Part shown: piece after piece, positions 63,601 through 64,000 of the stretch | How the letters are laid out: each line of letters opens with the position of its first letter | Numbering within the stretch: the stretch's first letter is position 1 | Assembly: GCA_977016875.1 (NCBI GenBank) | Contig: CDRNST010000013.1 | Location: 806,001-870,000, forward strand | From: Pavona decussata | Taxonomy: Eukaryota | Direction of reading: 5' to 3' | Length of the DNA: 64,000 nt | Notes under the pieces: generated by a model | Databases searched by the model: none | What the model saw: the letters and a program-made list of their open reading frames with translations, nothing else | Told to the model about the DNA's origin: nothing | Program-made: the position numbers and the translations under genes

Positions 63601-63923
63601 TGTGTCCGTTTTCCTTTATCTTGATTTCCTGGAATGAAACCATTCTCTTTCAAACCACTTCTCGTCATTGACATTTTTTCCATAATTTTTCGTCCAGCTG
63701 CGACTCCATTTCTATCGTTAGTGATATCGTTTTGACATTTCCTTTGGGTTGCTATCTTTTTCTTGGCATACTGAACTCTTATCCATCTGGCGTTTGCCTC
63801 CTCCTTAAACTTATTGCTTTCCGGTGTTGGCACTTGTTTGCGCTCCTCAAGATATAACGTTGATTTCCCTTTTGCAAACAGAGTTCCCCAATCTCTTCTA
63901 TCGAAGCCGATGGCGTAGCACAT
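60630..63923 (-). pseudogene. Unknown low-complexity ORF with ~27-aa repeats, split by the 61132-63345 transposon
   Basis: Removing the element and one TSD joins ...VLDTRI to ISEDKGNIDGVGEYKS... in frame; GIAENLA/GIAENLA/GIPEKL repeats. Confidence 0.55.
61132..63345 (-). mobile_element. Internally deleted DDE DNA transposon (P-like) with NHL-type repeats and SAP-like motif, 6-bp TSD
   Basis: TIR CATGCCCGGCCAGGGGT versus CAGGCATGGCCAGGGGT; TSD ATCCCT/ATCCTT; FANWY, KDR.M.V..L.EI.S..V, LNNPVGIAF, KPTAIAF, TLFVENFFS. Confidence 0.7.
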
Positions 63924-64000
63924 TGTGACAATCCATCTATTGCCAAGATCCTAAATGTTCACTTCTCTACAATTGGCACTAAGCTCGCAATGAAACTGAA
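63922..64000 (+). mobile_element. CR1-group LINE ORF2 fragment (runs off the window)
   Basis: IAKILNVHFSTIGTKLA matches the pre-RT motif (A..FN.+F..+G..LA). Confidence 0.55.

Overview
Eukaryotic, AT-rich window made almost entirely of nested, mostly decayed transposable elements with spliceosomal GT-AG introns. The repeat landscape looks like a marine invertebrate, probably a cnidarian/coral (inference). I found no intact host gene. Recognisable pieces: non-LTR retroelements (L1/Tx1, CR1/L2 group, RTE), BEL/Pao and Gypsy LTR fragments with PBS, three EnSpm/CACTA transposase relics, a Crypton tyrosine recombinase split by a Tx1 insertion, two Kolobok-type elements, a hAT split by a 7-kb nest, ISL2EU (DDE + YqaJ), a full-length Harbinger (intact Myb gene, disabled transposase), a spliced RecQ helicase relic, RING/TRAF and kinase pseudogene fragments, MITEs and two tRNA-like insertions. 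Best leads for something undescribed: (1) a 2.2-kb CA...TG DNA transposon with a 6-bp TSD (61132-63345) whose P-like transposase relic carries NHL-type repeats and a SAP-like motif; (2) a geminivirus/CRESS-like HUH Rep relic with an iteron-like inverted repeat (~568-1552); (3) a strong orientation bias (11 of 13 retroelement fragments on the minus strand), consistent with a uni-strand piRNA cluster or an antisense intronic bias. All family calls come from motifs read by eye; no database searches were run.
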